Shown here piece by piece: positions 1-12,463 of a stretch of 64,000 nucleotides of DNA (the first letter of the stretch is position 1; every line of letters begins with the position of its first letter). The translations under genes were made by a program, and so were the position numbers. This DNA is from Octopus sinensis. Taxonomy: Eukaryota. The notes below the pieces were generated by a model. The model had not been told where the DNA came from, ran no database searches, and saw nothing but the letters and a program-made list of their open reading frames with translations. The DNA is taken from assembly GCF_006345805.1 (NCBI RefSeq), contig NC_042997.1, positions 76,818,001 to 76,882,000 on the forward strand, given 5' to 3'.

Positions 1-1997
1 AAAACTTGTTTATATATTTCACCTGCTTTGTTGAATCTACCTGACATTTCATAGATGATATGTAGGTCACTCTCTGAGGCAAATTCCTTTTTATTCATCA
101 TCTCATGTAAATGTCGAAATTCACAAAATTTCATTCATGCTAGTTTAGGAAAGTAGATTTTTAGTAATTAATTCCTAAAATATTTAACTTCTCTGTAGTA
201 TCTGATGAATATCTCCATCTGAAATTGCCTTTATACATGAAAATTTGTTTTATACTGAATAAAACTAGAACAATTTTATTTTGCTTTCTCCTCTTAACTA
301 AATTTATACTACAGCAGTAATAGTTTAATTATTGTGAAATATTATTTCTTTCTTTTGTGTGTTTCTTTTATTTATTCTAATATTTATCTTCCATCTCTCT
401 AGAATTATTACTAACATTTTTATTTAAATTGTTTGTAATTCGTTATCACCATTTAACTATATCTACCATAATTTCTTTCATATGATTTTTTTTTCTATTT
501 TTAGGTAAGTAACATCACATGGCAAAAAGTATTGATTGTAGTTAAGTATTTCTTTCTCTTATTCATTTTCAAGTTTCTTGCACAGATTACATCAGATATA
601 GAATTTTATATTATGCTTTAATAAAATTACGGCTGGAAATTTTCACACCTGTTATTTCATTTGTGCTTGTTTTCGATAGGGACTTTGTGATGGATACCCT
701 ACCATATTGTACATTTAGCTAAGTGTTAAAAGTGATGGAAGTTTGTCTTTTTTTTTTGTGTGTGTGTGTGTGTAAACAAATATCAGCTTATCTTTGCTGA
801 TATACTCCTTTGCAACTTATGACCTACCACTATACAATTCTGTTTTTATTACATGTATAAAGACATTCATATGTCTTACAAACAAGTCCTGATATTTATT
901 AAACTATTGTCATAGTTTCTTAGCAATTTTGCTACTTGACTTTCTTTGAGTTGCCATAAAATATTATATGCAACATACAGCCTTTAAGAAAGGTAACATC
1001 CTTTTATCTTTTATATTGCCAAAAGTTATCCCAGTTTCTTGCATCTTCTATAAACTTGTTAAGTTATTACTGAGTACTACATTAACTTTGTAATAGAATT
1101 TATGTTGTTTGATGAGAAAGGAAGCTGGAGCTCCATTCAAGGAAAATACTTGAGTTTTCTGATAGGAGCCTTTCTTGTTAACTAAGTAATGGTAATGAAA
1201 AGGATAAGATTTATAAATAAAAGCCATATTAAGTAAGAAAAAAAAAGAAAAGCTAATTGATGAATATAAAGTAAATGAGATAGCATTTTGAAAGACAAGA
1301 TAAGAATGTGTTTAGCTGAAACTATGAATACAGTACTTATAGAATTCATTTTTTTTTTTAGTGACAAGTTAGTGAAGTTGGTGGAGAGCTAATACCACAA
1401 AAAAATTGATACTTGTTGGTAATAAATATGTCATTCCAATAACCAATATACAACTGCCTGTCACTTTCTTATATTACCCGCTCCTCTCCACCCTCTCACC
1501 CTTTCACTTGGTTTCTCTCTTCTATTCCCTCTCATTCTTTGATTCTCTACCTATCATCACTCATTGCTATCCTACTTGAATGTATAGAGACAGTGTAAAG
1601 AAGACTGTTTAGTCTTACTAGGAGCAAATCAACCTCTTTGGTGCTAAAAGCCTTGATAAAATGCACCCACTACATCCTGTAAAGAAGTAAAGAGGTTGGA
1701 CAGAAGCAACAGTGTGGAAAAGATTGTTAGTCATCTCAGGAATAAGACAACTTTTCTAGTACCGATGCTGTAATAAAATACTTACTGTACATATTGTCAA
1801 ATGGTTGGCATTAGAAAGATCATCCAGCCATAGAAACCATGCCAAATATATTTCAGAAGAAATATATTTATGCCAATTATAGTTACACTCAATGAGACAA
1901 ATATAGCTCTTAGAGTAAATGTATCCTTTTTTAAAAACTCTCAAAACTTTCAAAATTTTTTTGAAGTTATCAAAGGGAAAACTAAAAACATAATGCA

Positions 1998-2345
1998 GAC
2001 ATGGTTGTATGGTTAAGAAGCTTACTTTGTAGTCAAGTGGTTTTGGGGTTCAGTCCCACTGTGTGGTACCTTGTAAGTGTCTACTTGTGAGTGAATTTGG
2101 TTGATGGAAACTGTGTGGAAACCCATCATATATGTGTGTGTCTGTTTTTATCCCTCCCCCAATACATGGCAAATCGTGCTGATTTGTTTATATCCTGTAA
2201 CTTAGCAGTTATGTGAAAGGGATCAATAGCATAAGTACCAGGCTCAAAAATAAGTACTGGAGTCAATTTGCTTGACTAAACCCTTCAAGGCAGAGCTCCA
2301 GCATGGCTGCAGTTCAATGACTGAAACAAGAGATAAAGGTAAATA
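1998..2345 (+). mobile_element. tRNA-derived composite SINE (head + CORE-like segment + TG microsatellite + tail), diverged
   Basis: A/B-box-like head (tggttgtatggttaag...ggttcagtccc), gtgagtgaatttgg...ggaaactg core, and tail ...ctccagcatggctgcagttcaatgactgaaacaag shared with many other copies in the window. Confidence 0.85.
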
Positions 2346-2869
2346 AATAAGAAATTATTGTTATACTGGGGGATGGTCATATTTTGCCAATTACACACAT
2401 GCACTATCTGTTTGGTCTCTACTTCAGTTTTTTTATTATTATTATTATTATTTTTGTTTCTTTGTCAAAGCTCTTTCTTCACACATTCTGTGACCTCTTC
2501 AATGACTCTTTATTCTACATATCACCTCTTGCTTTGCTTAGTTCATTTTGTCTTTCTATGCATGCATTTGAATATGTGCACACGTGTGTATGTGCATATG
2601 CATGCATGTGTGTGCACTCACATGCATGTGCACATTTCTGTGTATTTGGTATGTGTGTTTTGTGTGCATGTATGAGTGTGCTTATTACACTGTTTGTACC
2701 CATGTCTTTTATTTAATTGTTTTATTTCTTTGTTTATTTATTGATTTGATTTTTCTTCCTCAATCCATCTTTATGTATTATACTGTTTGTATCTGTATCT
2801 TTTTTCTTCTGTCATTTTGTCTTTAGTCATCAGGTTGCGTAGTGTGGTGGAGTGTCATTATTCCATTCA

Positions 2870-4850
2870 TGTTTTCTGTTGAGGTTCGGTCTGTCTATTA
2901 CTATGTGTACAGCTTCTGTAATCTAAGTGTCGTGTTTGTTGTATGTGTTAGTAATATCTTAACATCTGTGTTATTAACTGAGCCTCTATGTTCTAATTAA
3001 GTATGTTGGTAGAGCACTGATGAGCTTTTCTCCTCCTTGAGCTACTGCCAGTGTTCACCTATCTGCTCACCTTTGCTACATGCTGTCTCCTGTGTGTTTC
3101 TGTACTGTCTCTCAGTACACCATATACTACACATTCCAAATCTTACAGTTTACCTGTGTATTCATCCTACATAATATACATTTGCTATCTGTACATAGGG
3201 TCCTTTCAAATGTATATATTCTGCAGATCAGGGATTTTATGGGGTCCCTGGTCTTTCCACTACTTTAATCCATAAATTCATCTTATCTAAGGTTTTCCTA
3301 AAAAGACATGCTAGTTTGCCACCAGGGGTAGCATAACTGAACATGACAGTCTGATGTTTTTGGTTGTCATACCATGCATTGGCCTTATCTATCTCCTTGG
3401 TCCTTTCTATGTTATTCCAGGATTTACTCCTATATAGCAGGCAGATCCCATTTGCATCATTCTCTATGATGGCCTTGTACACTCTAATCCTGTCTCTTTG
3501 GCTCCTTTGCACACTCTGATCCTGACTCTTTGGTTGTGTCTAGAGAACTGCATACAATGGATGAAGTGTTGTATGTGTCTCTCTAATTCTATTAGGTTGC
3601 ACATGCAGGACATATTTCTCACCACCCTTACCAAGTCCACTGTTAGGATATTGAACTTGTTTGCAATAGGTGTGTTCTTGTGGACCAGGTACTTAGAGCC
3701 CAGGGTTTAGTTATCTGGACCTTATAATTCTTAGTTTCCAGCCAGATTTCTGTGTCTAACACTGGTAGCCTATAGTTAGGGTACTTGTTTGGTTAATCTA
3801 CTGTTACTTTAATACTCTGGTGGATGGAGTTAGCTATTTACTGGATGCTCTCCATGATGTTGGCTTCTAGTTCATAGACAATGTCTTGTAGGGGTGCTTT
3901 TACTACTATGTTGATATCATCCACATAATGGGAATACATGGTTATGGAGCACTCTGCTAATCATTCTTTGAGTTTTATAGGTTAGCCACATTGCCAGTGA
4001 TACTGATCCTGATGGCTGCACCTTCTTCTTGAGTGTATATCTTGTTATTAAACTTGCACAGTACATAAAACATAAATAAAAATATATAAACAAGAAAGAA
4101 GATATATCTTCATTAAAAAGACAAACGGTTGTTCTTAGCTCCCCTCCCACAGTAACATTTCTGAGGAAATTGTTGCCTAGTGTATATTACAGCAGTTGCA
4201 TAAAGTTCTTTGGTAACCTAGGTTGATGAGTGTAGGTGTGCAGTGTTTGAAAATAGTCACAGATACAATGGCTACCAGTAGTCATAGTGGAAATATAGTT
4301 AACAGTAAGCATTCAAACCTATTACTATCTGAATGTTGTTTGTACTTGTCAGTGTCTGTGGAATTGACAATGTTTCTGACACTTCAGTATTTGATTGGTC
4401 ACTGCTTGCAACAAATATTTCACAGTTGTTTTCTTAAGATCTACTGTGACATACTTTCACTGTTAAATTGTCATTGTTTTCTGGCTTAGTATTCTTAAGA
4501 TTTGTCAAAATTTTGACTGTTTCTTTTAGCTGAGTTCAATTTCCCCAGGGTTTGTATTTTAGACCGTTGTCAACTCCTGATGCTTTTGTTTTTCCAAAGC
4601 AAAAGAAGTGGTTAGATTGCTTGAGAAAAATTAGCTTGTAGGATTCATGTGTACAACTGAAGCCACATCTTTTTGTCATGTACAACTATCTTACAGTAGA
4701 TATCACTCATTAATGAGTAATACCTTTGGCAGTCTTGGTCTTTCTTACCAAGCTCCACAAACACTTTAACCATTCCTCCATTTTCTGATATTTTTAAAAA
4801 TCTGTGCATTGTATGTTTGGTCATTACCATTATTAGTTGGTATTTATCTA
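2870..4850 (-). mobile_element. Degenerate Penelope-like element (RT C-terminus + GIY-YIG remnant)
   Basis: Minus-strand translation fragments: PNYRLPVLDTEIW (~3750-3790), YRSKSW...WY...VMF..TPGGKLA...IKVVERPG (3237-3512), C-x2-C...VVY and ITEAVHIVIDRPNLNRKHEWNN (~2870-2930). Many stops; ends not defined. Confidence 0.7.
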
Positions 4851-5688
4851 ATATTAAAATGCGTCATGCCAAATTTTGTATTTGTTGCCATTATAAGTCC
4901 TATAAATATTTATTCAAGTTAATGAAGTTTCATAGTGAAGTATTTATCTAAGTAAAGCTATAGTTGCACAGGATCCTTAAGCTCAGAAAAACTTAATTAA
5001 CACAGTACCGAAGCTCTCAACAATGAACTGTTAGCCATGTTAAATATTACTGATCACATTGGGTTGAATTACATAGCAGAACAAATAAGTGTAACAATAT
5101 TAGAGCTGTAAATTGAAGGAGGTATACCACATGAACATGCAAACCAGAAGCTTCTTTAAAGACCAACTAGTATAAAGTTTCTTTCTCAGTTAAACAATGA
5201 AAATAGATTTTTTTTTATTCATTAATTTTGTTTCATTTCATTATTTTATTTTTCTCTTTTCAAAATGTATTTTTATCATACTTGTATTTGAGAAATTGAA
5301 GTGGTAAAACATCAGTACTTATTTTCTAATTGAAATTTTTATCCCTATTCTTTAAATTTCTCCTGTTCTACAGACATATTTAATTCATTCTTTTATGTTT
5401 CATTTCTTTCTTATTTCATACTCACTGTGCTTTTTGCTTTTGTTTTATTTCCTCTCATAGCTGTCTTTGTCATTTCTCTTTACTGTATTTTTGATAACTA
5501 GATTTTGTTTTCTTTTTTCTTTTTAATTATGATTACTTACTTTACATAAGATTGGTGCTAATAAACATTGCCCTCATGGCTCTTCCCTTTTTTTACTGGT
5601 ATATAATAAAGAAACAATATGACCGTTATTTCTAACTACTTTTCTATCATATGTGTGTGCATGTGTGTATGTGTGTGTATGTATATGC

Positions 5689-5735
<47 letters not shown>

Positions 5736-6090
5736 GTATGTATGTGTGTGTTTCTATATACACCGGTATTGAACAGTGCGAATGAGTGCTCAACACAGCA
5801 TTAGTGGATAAATATTCTTTATTTGAGGGTTAACAAGACTAACATTGGCTTCATACTGAGAAAAAATTTCTCACCAGTTATCAAGCCTGGTACTTGTCAC
5901 TATCTTGAATGATATTTTGGGGGCATAAACAAAATGTATTAAACTTCTCAGTTATGTGCACATGCTCAAACACAAGTAATTGAGTGCACACACTCAAACA
6001 CAAACAAAAGGAATTATGCAGATGTATGTGTGTGTATTTGTGTATGCACATATTCTGTATGGGTGTGCATATATGTGTGTATTTATATAT

Positions 6091-7270
6091 CATCATCATC
6101 ATCATCATCATCATCATTTAGCGTCCGTTTTCCATGCTAGCATGGGTTGGACGGTTCTACTGGGGTCTGTGAAGCCAGAAGGCTTCATCAGGCCCAGTCA
6201 AATCTGGCAGTGTTTCTACGGCTGGATGCCCTTCCTAACGCCAACCACTCCATGAGTGTAGTGGGTGCTTTTTACGTGCCACCCGCACTGGTGCCAGACA
6301 GAGCTGGCAAACGGCCACGAACGTATGGTGCTTTTTATGTGCCACCGGCACGAGGGCCAGGCAGGGTAGCAGGGAATTGTATCAGACTGCCAAAAGAGAA
6401 GCTAGGAGACAGGTTTATTTAGCCAGAGGGGAAGCAGATAAGAAAAAATTTGCCAATGTTCTGCGCCGTGAGGACCAAAGACTGGAGGTGTTTCGTGTTG
6501 CAAGACAGTGTGTGAGAGAGAATCGTGATGTGGTAGGAGAGAAGTGTGTTCGCATGGAAGATGGTTCACTTGCGCTAAATGAGGATGCAAAGAGAGAGGT
6601 TTGGAGATGCCACTATGAAAGGTTGCTGAATGAAGAAAATGAATGGGATAAAGAGAGTCTGCCGAATGTTGACCCAACAGAGGGACCAGCTATCCGAGTT
6701 GATAGTTCTGTGGTAGCTAAGGCAATTAGAAGCATGAAGACAGGGAAAGCCCCAGGCCCATCAGGAATCACTGCAGAGATGCTCAAAATGTCTGGTAGTG
6801 TCGGCTATAGCCTAGTCACCCATATAGTTAATCAGGTGATACACAAAGGGGTCATACCCAATGACTGGTGTAGCAGTATAATAGTCAACTGCTACAAAGG
6901 TAAAGGTGATGCCCTAGATACAAATAACTACAGAGGTATCAAGCTGTTGGACCAGGTGATGAAGGTTACGGAGAGGGTCATAGCCCAACTAATTAGAGAG
7001 AGAGTTAGTTTAGATGAGATGCAGTTTGGGTTTGTGCCAGGGAAAAGTACTACTGATGCTATATTCCTGGTAAGGCAGCTGCAGGAGAAATACCTAGCCA
7101 AAGATAAGCCCCTGTACCTGGCTTTTGTTGACATGGAGAAAGCCTTCGACAGGGTCCCCCGATCCCTTATCTGGTGGGCAATGAGAAAACTAGGGATAGA
7201 TGAATGGTTAGTGAGAGCTGTGCGGGCCATGTATAGGGACGCCGCTAGTAGGGTGAGGGTTGGAAATGAG
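6091..7270. mobile_element. Rearranged RTE insertion: 3' end (minus, 6091-6360) fused to an inverted internal RT fragment (plus, ~6365-7270)
   Basis: (CAT)n plus the RTE 3'UTR in minus orientation, directly joined to an open RT fragment (ORF 6377-7288) that closely matches 17380-18270. TTATATAT lies on both flanks (6083-6090, 7271-7278). Confidence 0.85.
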
Positions 7271-7469
7271 TTATATATATATTTATAAATTTGATCATGG
7301 CCTGGCTAATGCAAGAGAGGCAGCAATTAGGTTTTTCCTATAAGCTGTCTCCCATGTTCTGTATATTTTTTATTTACCCCAAAATCCTGTACAATCTCAT
7401 GTAGCTTCATGCAGTGCCATTCAAGATGAAGATGAGTATCAGTGTTCTATGTATGTGCATATAACTTTT

Positions 7470-7677
7470 TCTTTTACCTGTTTCAGTCACTTGATTGTGG
7501 CCATGCTGGGCACTGCCTGGAAGAGTTTTAATCAAATAAATTGACCCCAGGACTTATTCTTTAGAGCCTGGTACTTTTTCTATCAGTCTGTTTTGCCAAA
7601 CCACTAAGTTACGGGGATGTAAACACACCAACACTGGTTGTTGAGTGGTGGTGAGGGGACAGACACACACACATATA
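7470..7677 (-). mobile_element. SINE, 5'-truncated (tail half)
   Basis: cttttacctgtttcagtcac...ggccatgctgggcac...gaccccaggacttattc...aagttacggggatgtaaacacacc matches the reverse complement of the SINE tail. Confidence 0.85.
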
Positions 7678-9150
7678 TACAGCAAAGAATTCAGGGTACA
7701 AGTTGGGATTCACCAAGAATCAGTCCTAACCCCATTCTTGTTCATCATAGGCTATAACAGAGGAATTGAAGATAGGCTGCCCCTAGAAGCTCCTCTATGC
7801 TGATGACCTTGTTTTTATAGCGGTATCGCTCCCAGGACTAGAGAAGATATTTCAAGTGTGGAAGTAAGTCTAGAATTGAAGGGTCTTAAAGTTAACCTAG
7901 CAAAAACCAAAGTCTTAGTAAGTAGGAAGGCAGACAAACCTCAAATCCTTTCCAGTAGATGGCACTGCTCAATCTGCTGGAAATGTGTAGGTAGAAACTC
8001 CATAAGATGTACTCTGTATAAGCTATGGACACATAAGAGGTGCAGCAATATCAGAGGAAGGTTAACAGGGAAAATAGCTTTTTCTGTGGTACAATAAACA
8101 ACGAAAATGTACAGAAAATAGACTCCATCAACTGCCAGTGGGGTAAGCAAAGGGTAGCAGATAGCTTCTGTTATCTAGGGGACTGAGTTAGCAGCGGAGG
8201 TGAATGCCCCAAGAGCATACCTGTGAGAATAAGATTAGCCTGGGCAAAGTTCAGAGAGTGCCTACCCCTGCTAGCAACGAAGGACCTCTCTCTCAGAGTG
8301 AAAAGCAGCATTGTATGATGCCTGTGTGCAAAAAGCTATACTACATGGCAGTGAAAGATGGGCTGTGACAGCTGAGGACATGCGTAGGCTCGAAAGAAAT
8401 GAAGCCAGTGTGCTTCGCTGGATGTGCAATGTTGGTGTGCACATGTTCAACTGAGTGTAAGCATCTTGAGAGAAAAGTTGTGCATAAGAGGCATCAGATG
8501 TGCTGATATGGTCATGTGATGTGTATGGACGAAATATGAGGACAGCTGCGTAAAGAAGTGCCAATCTCTAACTGTGGCAGGAAACCTGTAGTAGAGGTAC
8601 ACCCAGGAAGACATTGGACAAGGTGGTGAAGCATGATCTTTGAACTTTGTGCTTCACAGAGGCAATGACTAGTGACCGAGACCTTGGGCAATATGCTGTG
8701 CTTGAGAAAACCCATCATGCCAAGTGGAATTGTAGTTGTGGCTGATGCTGGTGTCATGTAACAGGCACCCAAGCCAGTGGCACATAAAAAGCACCTTTCA
8801 AGTGTTGAACCTCATGGAGGCAAGGTGGCTGATGCCACTGGCATGTGAAAAGCTCCTTTTGAGTGATGGGCTTCATGGAGGCAATGGCTGAGACCTTTGG
8901 CATTATGTCATTCTTGAGAAGAAGACCCATCAAGCCAAGTAAAATCACAGTCATTACTGATTCTGGTGTCACACAAATGGCACCCGTACCAGTGGCACGT
9001 AAAAGCACCCATTACACTCAAAGTGGTTGGCGTTAAGAAGGGCATCCAGCTGTAGAAACCATGCCAAATCAGACTAGAGTCTGGTGCAGCCTTCCAGCTT
9101 GCCAGCCTTGGTCAAACTGTCCAACTAATGGACAACGGACATTAAATGAT
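7678..9150 (+). mobile_element. Older, degenerate RTE copy (RT C-terminal half + 3'UTR, ending in gatgatgat)
   Basis: Homologous to 18285-20130 (LLYADD, CSIC...RCT..KLWTHKRC, gtggttggcgttaagaagggcatccagctgtagaaac) but with many stops and indels. Confidence 0.85.
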
Positions 9151-9154
9151 GATG

Positions 9155-9196
<42 letters not shown>

Positions 9197-9279
9197 ATAT
9201 ATATTAATAAATGAAAAAAAACATATGCATATATATAAACATATATGTACGTACCTACCTCTACATGTACATATACACG

Positions 9280-9475
9280 CATATATGAGTACAGGACACC
9301 AAAGGGACGTTGAACACAAAGAGAAACGAAAACATAGACACAAACCAAAGGAACTGGACATTTTTTTAAAAACAACAAAAAATGGAGTACAGGACAATTA
9401 ACACAACGAAAAAAACCCTTCTTCAGTCGCTAAGGTTTCATCTACTCTACGTTTCGAAGGATAAAAGCGAGACGT
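9280..9475 (-). repeat. Penelope pLTR-like fragment with hammerhead-like half motifs
   Basis: Minus strand reads acgtc-tcgc...cgaaacgta...gcga-ctgaaga-aggg; truncated by the adjacent SINE. Confidence 0.4.
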
Positions 9476-9645
9476 ATCATACACACAATGGGCTTCTTTC
9501 AGTTTCCATCTACCAAATCCACTCACAAGGCTTTGGTGAGCCTGAGGCTATAGTAGATGACACTTGCCCAAGGTGCCATGCAGTGGGACCGAACCCCAAA
9601 TCATGTGGTTGGGAAGCAAACTTGTTACCACACAGCCACATCTGT
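9476..9645 (-). mobile_element. SINE head + CORE-like part
   Basis: gggcttctttcagtttcc...ccaaatccactcacaaggctttgg...cacttgcccaaggtgcc...catgtggttgggaagcaa...accacacagccac. Confidence 0.85.
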
Positions 9646-10189
9646 ATCTAATAATTAAAGGAGGTGTGTGAAAGAGGGAGTGAGGAGGAAAGGGTTTTGG
9701 GCTAAGTGGGAATGCTCATCTATAGAGTGAAGTAGTTAATGTGGGAGGAAATGTCAGTTATGTATGTACATATGCTGGAGTGTATCAATGTTTTAAGATG
9801 GATATAAGAACAGGAACACTGTGAGTGCATATGTGTGTGGGGGGTGTTAGTGGTGGTGGTGGTGGGGTTGTTAGAAAGTTGTGGCAGTAAGGAGGTGAGA
9901 AGAAGCATGAGTATGGGGTAAATGGGAAAAGAAGAATACTATGGGGGAATAAATAGAAGTGTATGAAGGGGTGTGGGTATGAAATACTGTAATGTGAAAG
10001 AAAGTTATGGGAAAGAGATGAGCAGTGCTGGGGCAAGAAAGAAAACAAATTGAGTTCTGTGATACAGGTGAACATAAGTGTATAAATGAAAGGAAGAAGG
10101 TAAGAAGAAAAATATAAAAAAAAAAAGATTAACTAGTAAATTCTGGGAGAGAGAAATTGGGGAAAACTGAAGAAAAACTATTGTAATAA

Positions 10190-10615
10190 ATCTTTTATGC
10201 TTTAGTCATTAGACTGTGGCCATGCTGGGGCACCACCTTGAAGAACATTTAGTCAAATGAATTGACCCCAGGTTTATCTTTTAAGTCCAGTACTTATTCT
10301 GTCAGTTTCTTTTGGTGAGCTGTTAATTTACAGGGATGTAAACAAATTAACACCAGTTGTCAGGTGATGGTGGAAACAATCATAGGCATAAAGAAATACA
10401 CACACACATATACATGTATATATGTGTATATACAGCAGGCTTCTTTCAGTTTCCAGCTACTAAATCCACTCACAAGGATTTGATCAGCTTGATGTTATAA
10501 TAGAAGACCTTAACTCCAGGTGCCCACAACTCAAGTTGCTCAGGCAGCGGAACTGAACCCAGAACCATGTGTTTGGGAAGCAAACACAACCATGCTTGTG
10601 CCTATAAAGCCATAC
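10190..10615 (-). mobile_element. Near full-length SINE
   Basis: Tail, microsatellite, core and tRNA-like head all present in reverse orientation. Confidence 0.85.
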
Positions 10616-10914
10616 CTGCACCTCTGAAAAGAATGTTGCTCTGAAGTAGAGAGCAATGATCATATGTGTTAGAAAGACCAAGTGATTTTTTTTCTATCCT
10701 TGTCAAGGGGAGTGTTAACCATTTCTTTCACTCATAAAAATAAAAAAGTAAATAATGCAAAACTGATGGAAAGGCCAGGGATGTGCACAATTCATGAAAA
10801 TATGGGTACAAGTGTGCATGCATATGTTTGTGTGTGTTAGCTAGCTAGTGTGTGAATGGTATAGAAGGTGGAAAAGAGAGGGGTCAGGCACTATGTAAAA
10901 TACATATATATCCT

Positions 10915-11126
10915 TTAATCTGTTTCATGCATTAGACCGTGGCCATTTTGAGGCACTGCTTTGAGGAACTTTTAGTCAAATACTGGTACGTATTTTTTAT
11001 AAAGCCTGGTACATATTCATTTTTTTTTGCTGAACTGCTAAGTTATAGGGATGTAAACACACCAACACTAGTTGTCAAACGATTGTAGGGGACAAATGCA
11101 GATACAAAAGACACACACATATATAC

Positions 11127-11162
<36 letters not shown>

Positions 11163-11250
11163 GATGCTTCTTACAGTTGCCATCTACCAAATCTACTCCC
11201 AAGGCTTCAGTCAGCAGTTGGGAAGCAAACTTCTTACCACGGGACCACAC
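10915..11250 (-). mobile_element. SINE, internally deleted
   Basis: Same family motifs (ggccattttgaggcac, aagttatagggatgtaaacacacc, gggaagcaaacttcttaccac). Confidence 0.75.
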
Positions 11251-11302
11251 CTGTGCCTATGCTGGTACATATCTCGTGAGTTAGTACATATCCAGGATTA
11301 TA

Positions 11303-12463
11303 TCTATTTATATCTCTTTATATATAAAACTGAGAATGTGTGTCTGTCTGTCTGTCTCCCTAAAACTTGAGAACTACACAACCAATTTCATTCAAATTTT
11401 ACACATGCCTTACTTAGGGTCCATGTAGTTTCATGGGCAAAAAAAAGGTTCAACTTCTTGCCTAGGGCGAGCCCATAGCAATATCATATCTTCTCCACTA
11501 TTTCAGTATTACGTGTTAAAAGTGAAACAAAAACATTTCTCTATTTTATGTCAGGTACTTTCACTTTAACAATAAAAATTAGAGATAATAATAACAATTG
11601 AATTATATGTAGTAAGTAATAATTAAAATCAAACTAAAGTATAATATAATCGTAACATAGCAAAAGTAAAAATAGCAATTAGTATAAAATTGCATCAATG
11701 ACTTGAACTTGAATAAGTGGTTTCACATGAATGGGAATAAATAAGAAATAAAATTTAAGTGCAGAAATGGAATAGTCCAGTTGGAGCTGTGCACATACCC
11801 TTTACCACGGCTTTTACATTAAATTATCTGCTAATTAGCTAGCATTAAGTATCTATATGAAGTTTGGCTGTTTGTAATGTCTGTTTTCTCGAACAGCGGC
11901 TTCTACTGAGTACCGCTATAGGACTATAGCTTCAACTGAGTACTGCTTTTTGATTCACTGTAAGGTTTGTTGTTAATATTATTACTGTCTAACTATTGTT
12001 ATCACATTTGTTGGTTCCTCGTAAGGGAAATGTTCCACCAGCCCTCTTTCACACGCACATACATACTCTCTTATACACACACGCACCTTTGTGTTGGGGG
12101 CTCCTTCGTGTTGGAGGTCATCTTGACCTTGTTATCTCCCCTACTTTCCCCTTCCCATCTGACCATTCTGTCCGAGTCAGACGCCATGATAGATCGTTAG
12201 CCACTACACACTTTCTTTTTCTCTCCTTGTTTTTTTTCTGTGTACCTTTCTGTAGAAGAGTGTAGGCTTGAAACGTAAAAGACTTTTTCTATTCCTGAGT
12301 GCTATGCTAATACATTAGTTTGTTTGTACACCACCTGCCTTCGTCTTTTGTTTATTTTCGTAAACTTTCCCTCAATGTATATATATATAGATGTACATGT
12401 AATATGTACACATATATACATGCACTAGCACTATGACCCGGCAATACTGGGTCATAATGCTAG
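11303..12463 (+). mobile_element. Non-autonomous Helitron
   Basis: 5' A|TC followed by tatatataaaa...gtctgtctgtctg (start at 11303 or 11313); 3' hairpin ATGACCC-ggcaatact-GGGTCAT a few nt before CTAG|T (12460-12464); no TSD. Confidence 0.75.

Noticed and set aside
680-718. GLCDGYPTILYI, resembling the thioredoxin/PDI GYPT motif after an acceptor-like site
   Set aside because: It stops after 12 codons, with no good donor and no supporting exons
2358-2826. ORFs rich in Y/I/C/V/H/T (also near 5619, 9142, 25009, 38311, 43064, 52680)
   Set aside because: Translations of (TA)n/(TG)n/(CA)n microsatellites, not genes
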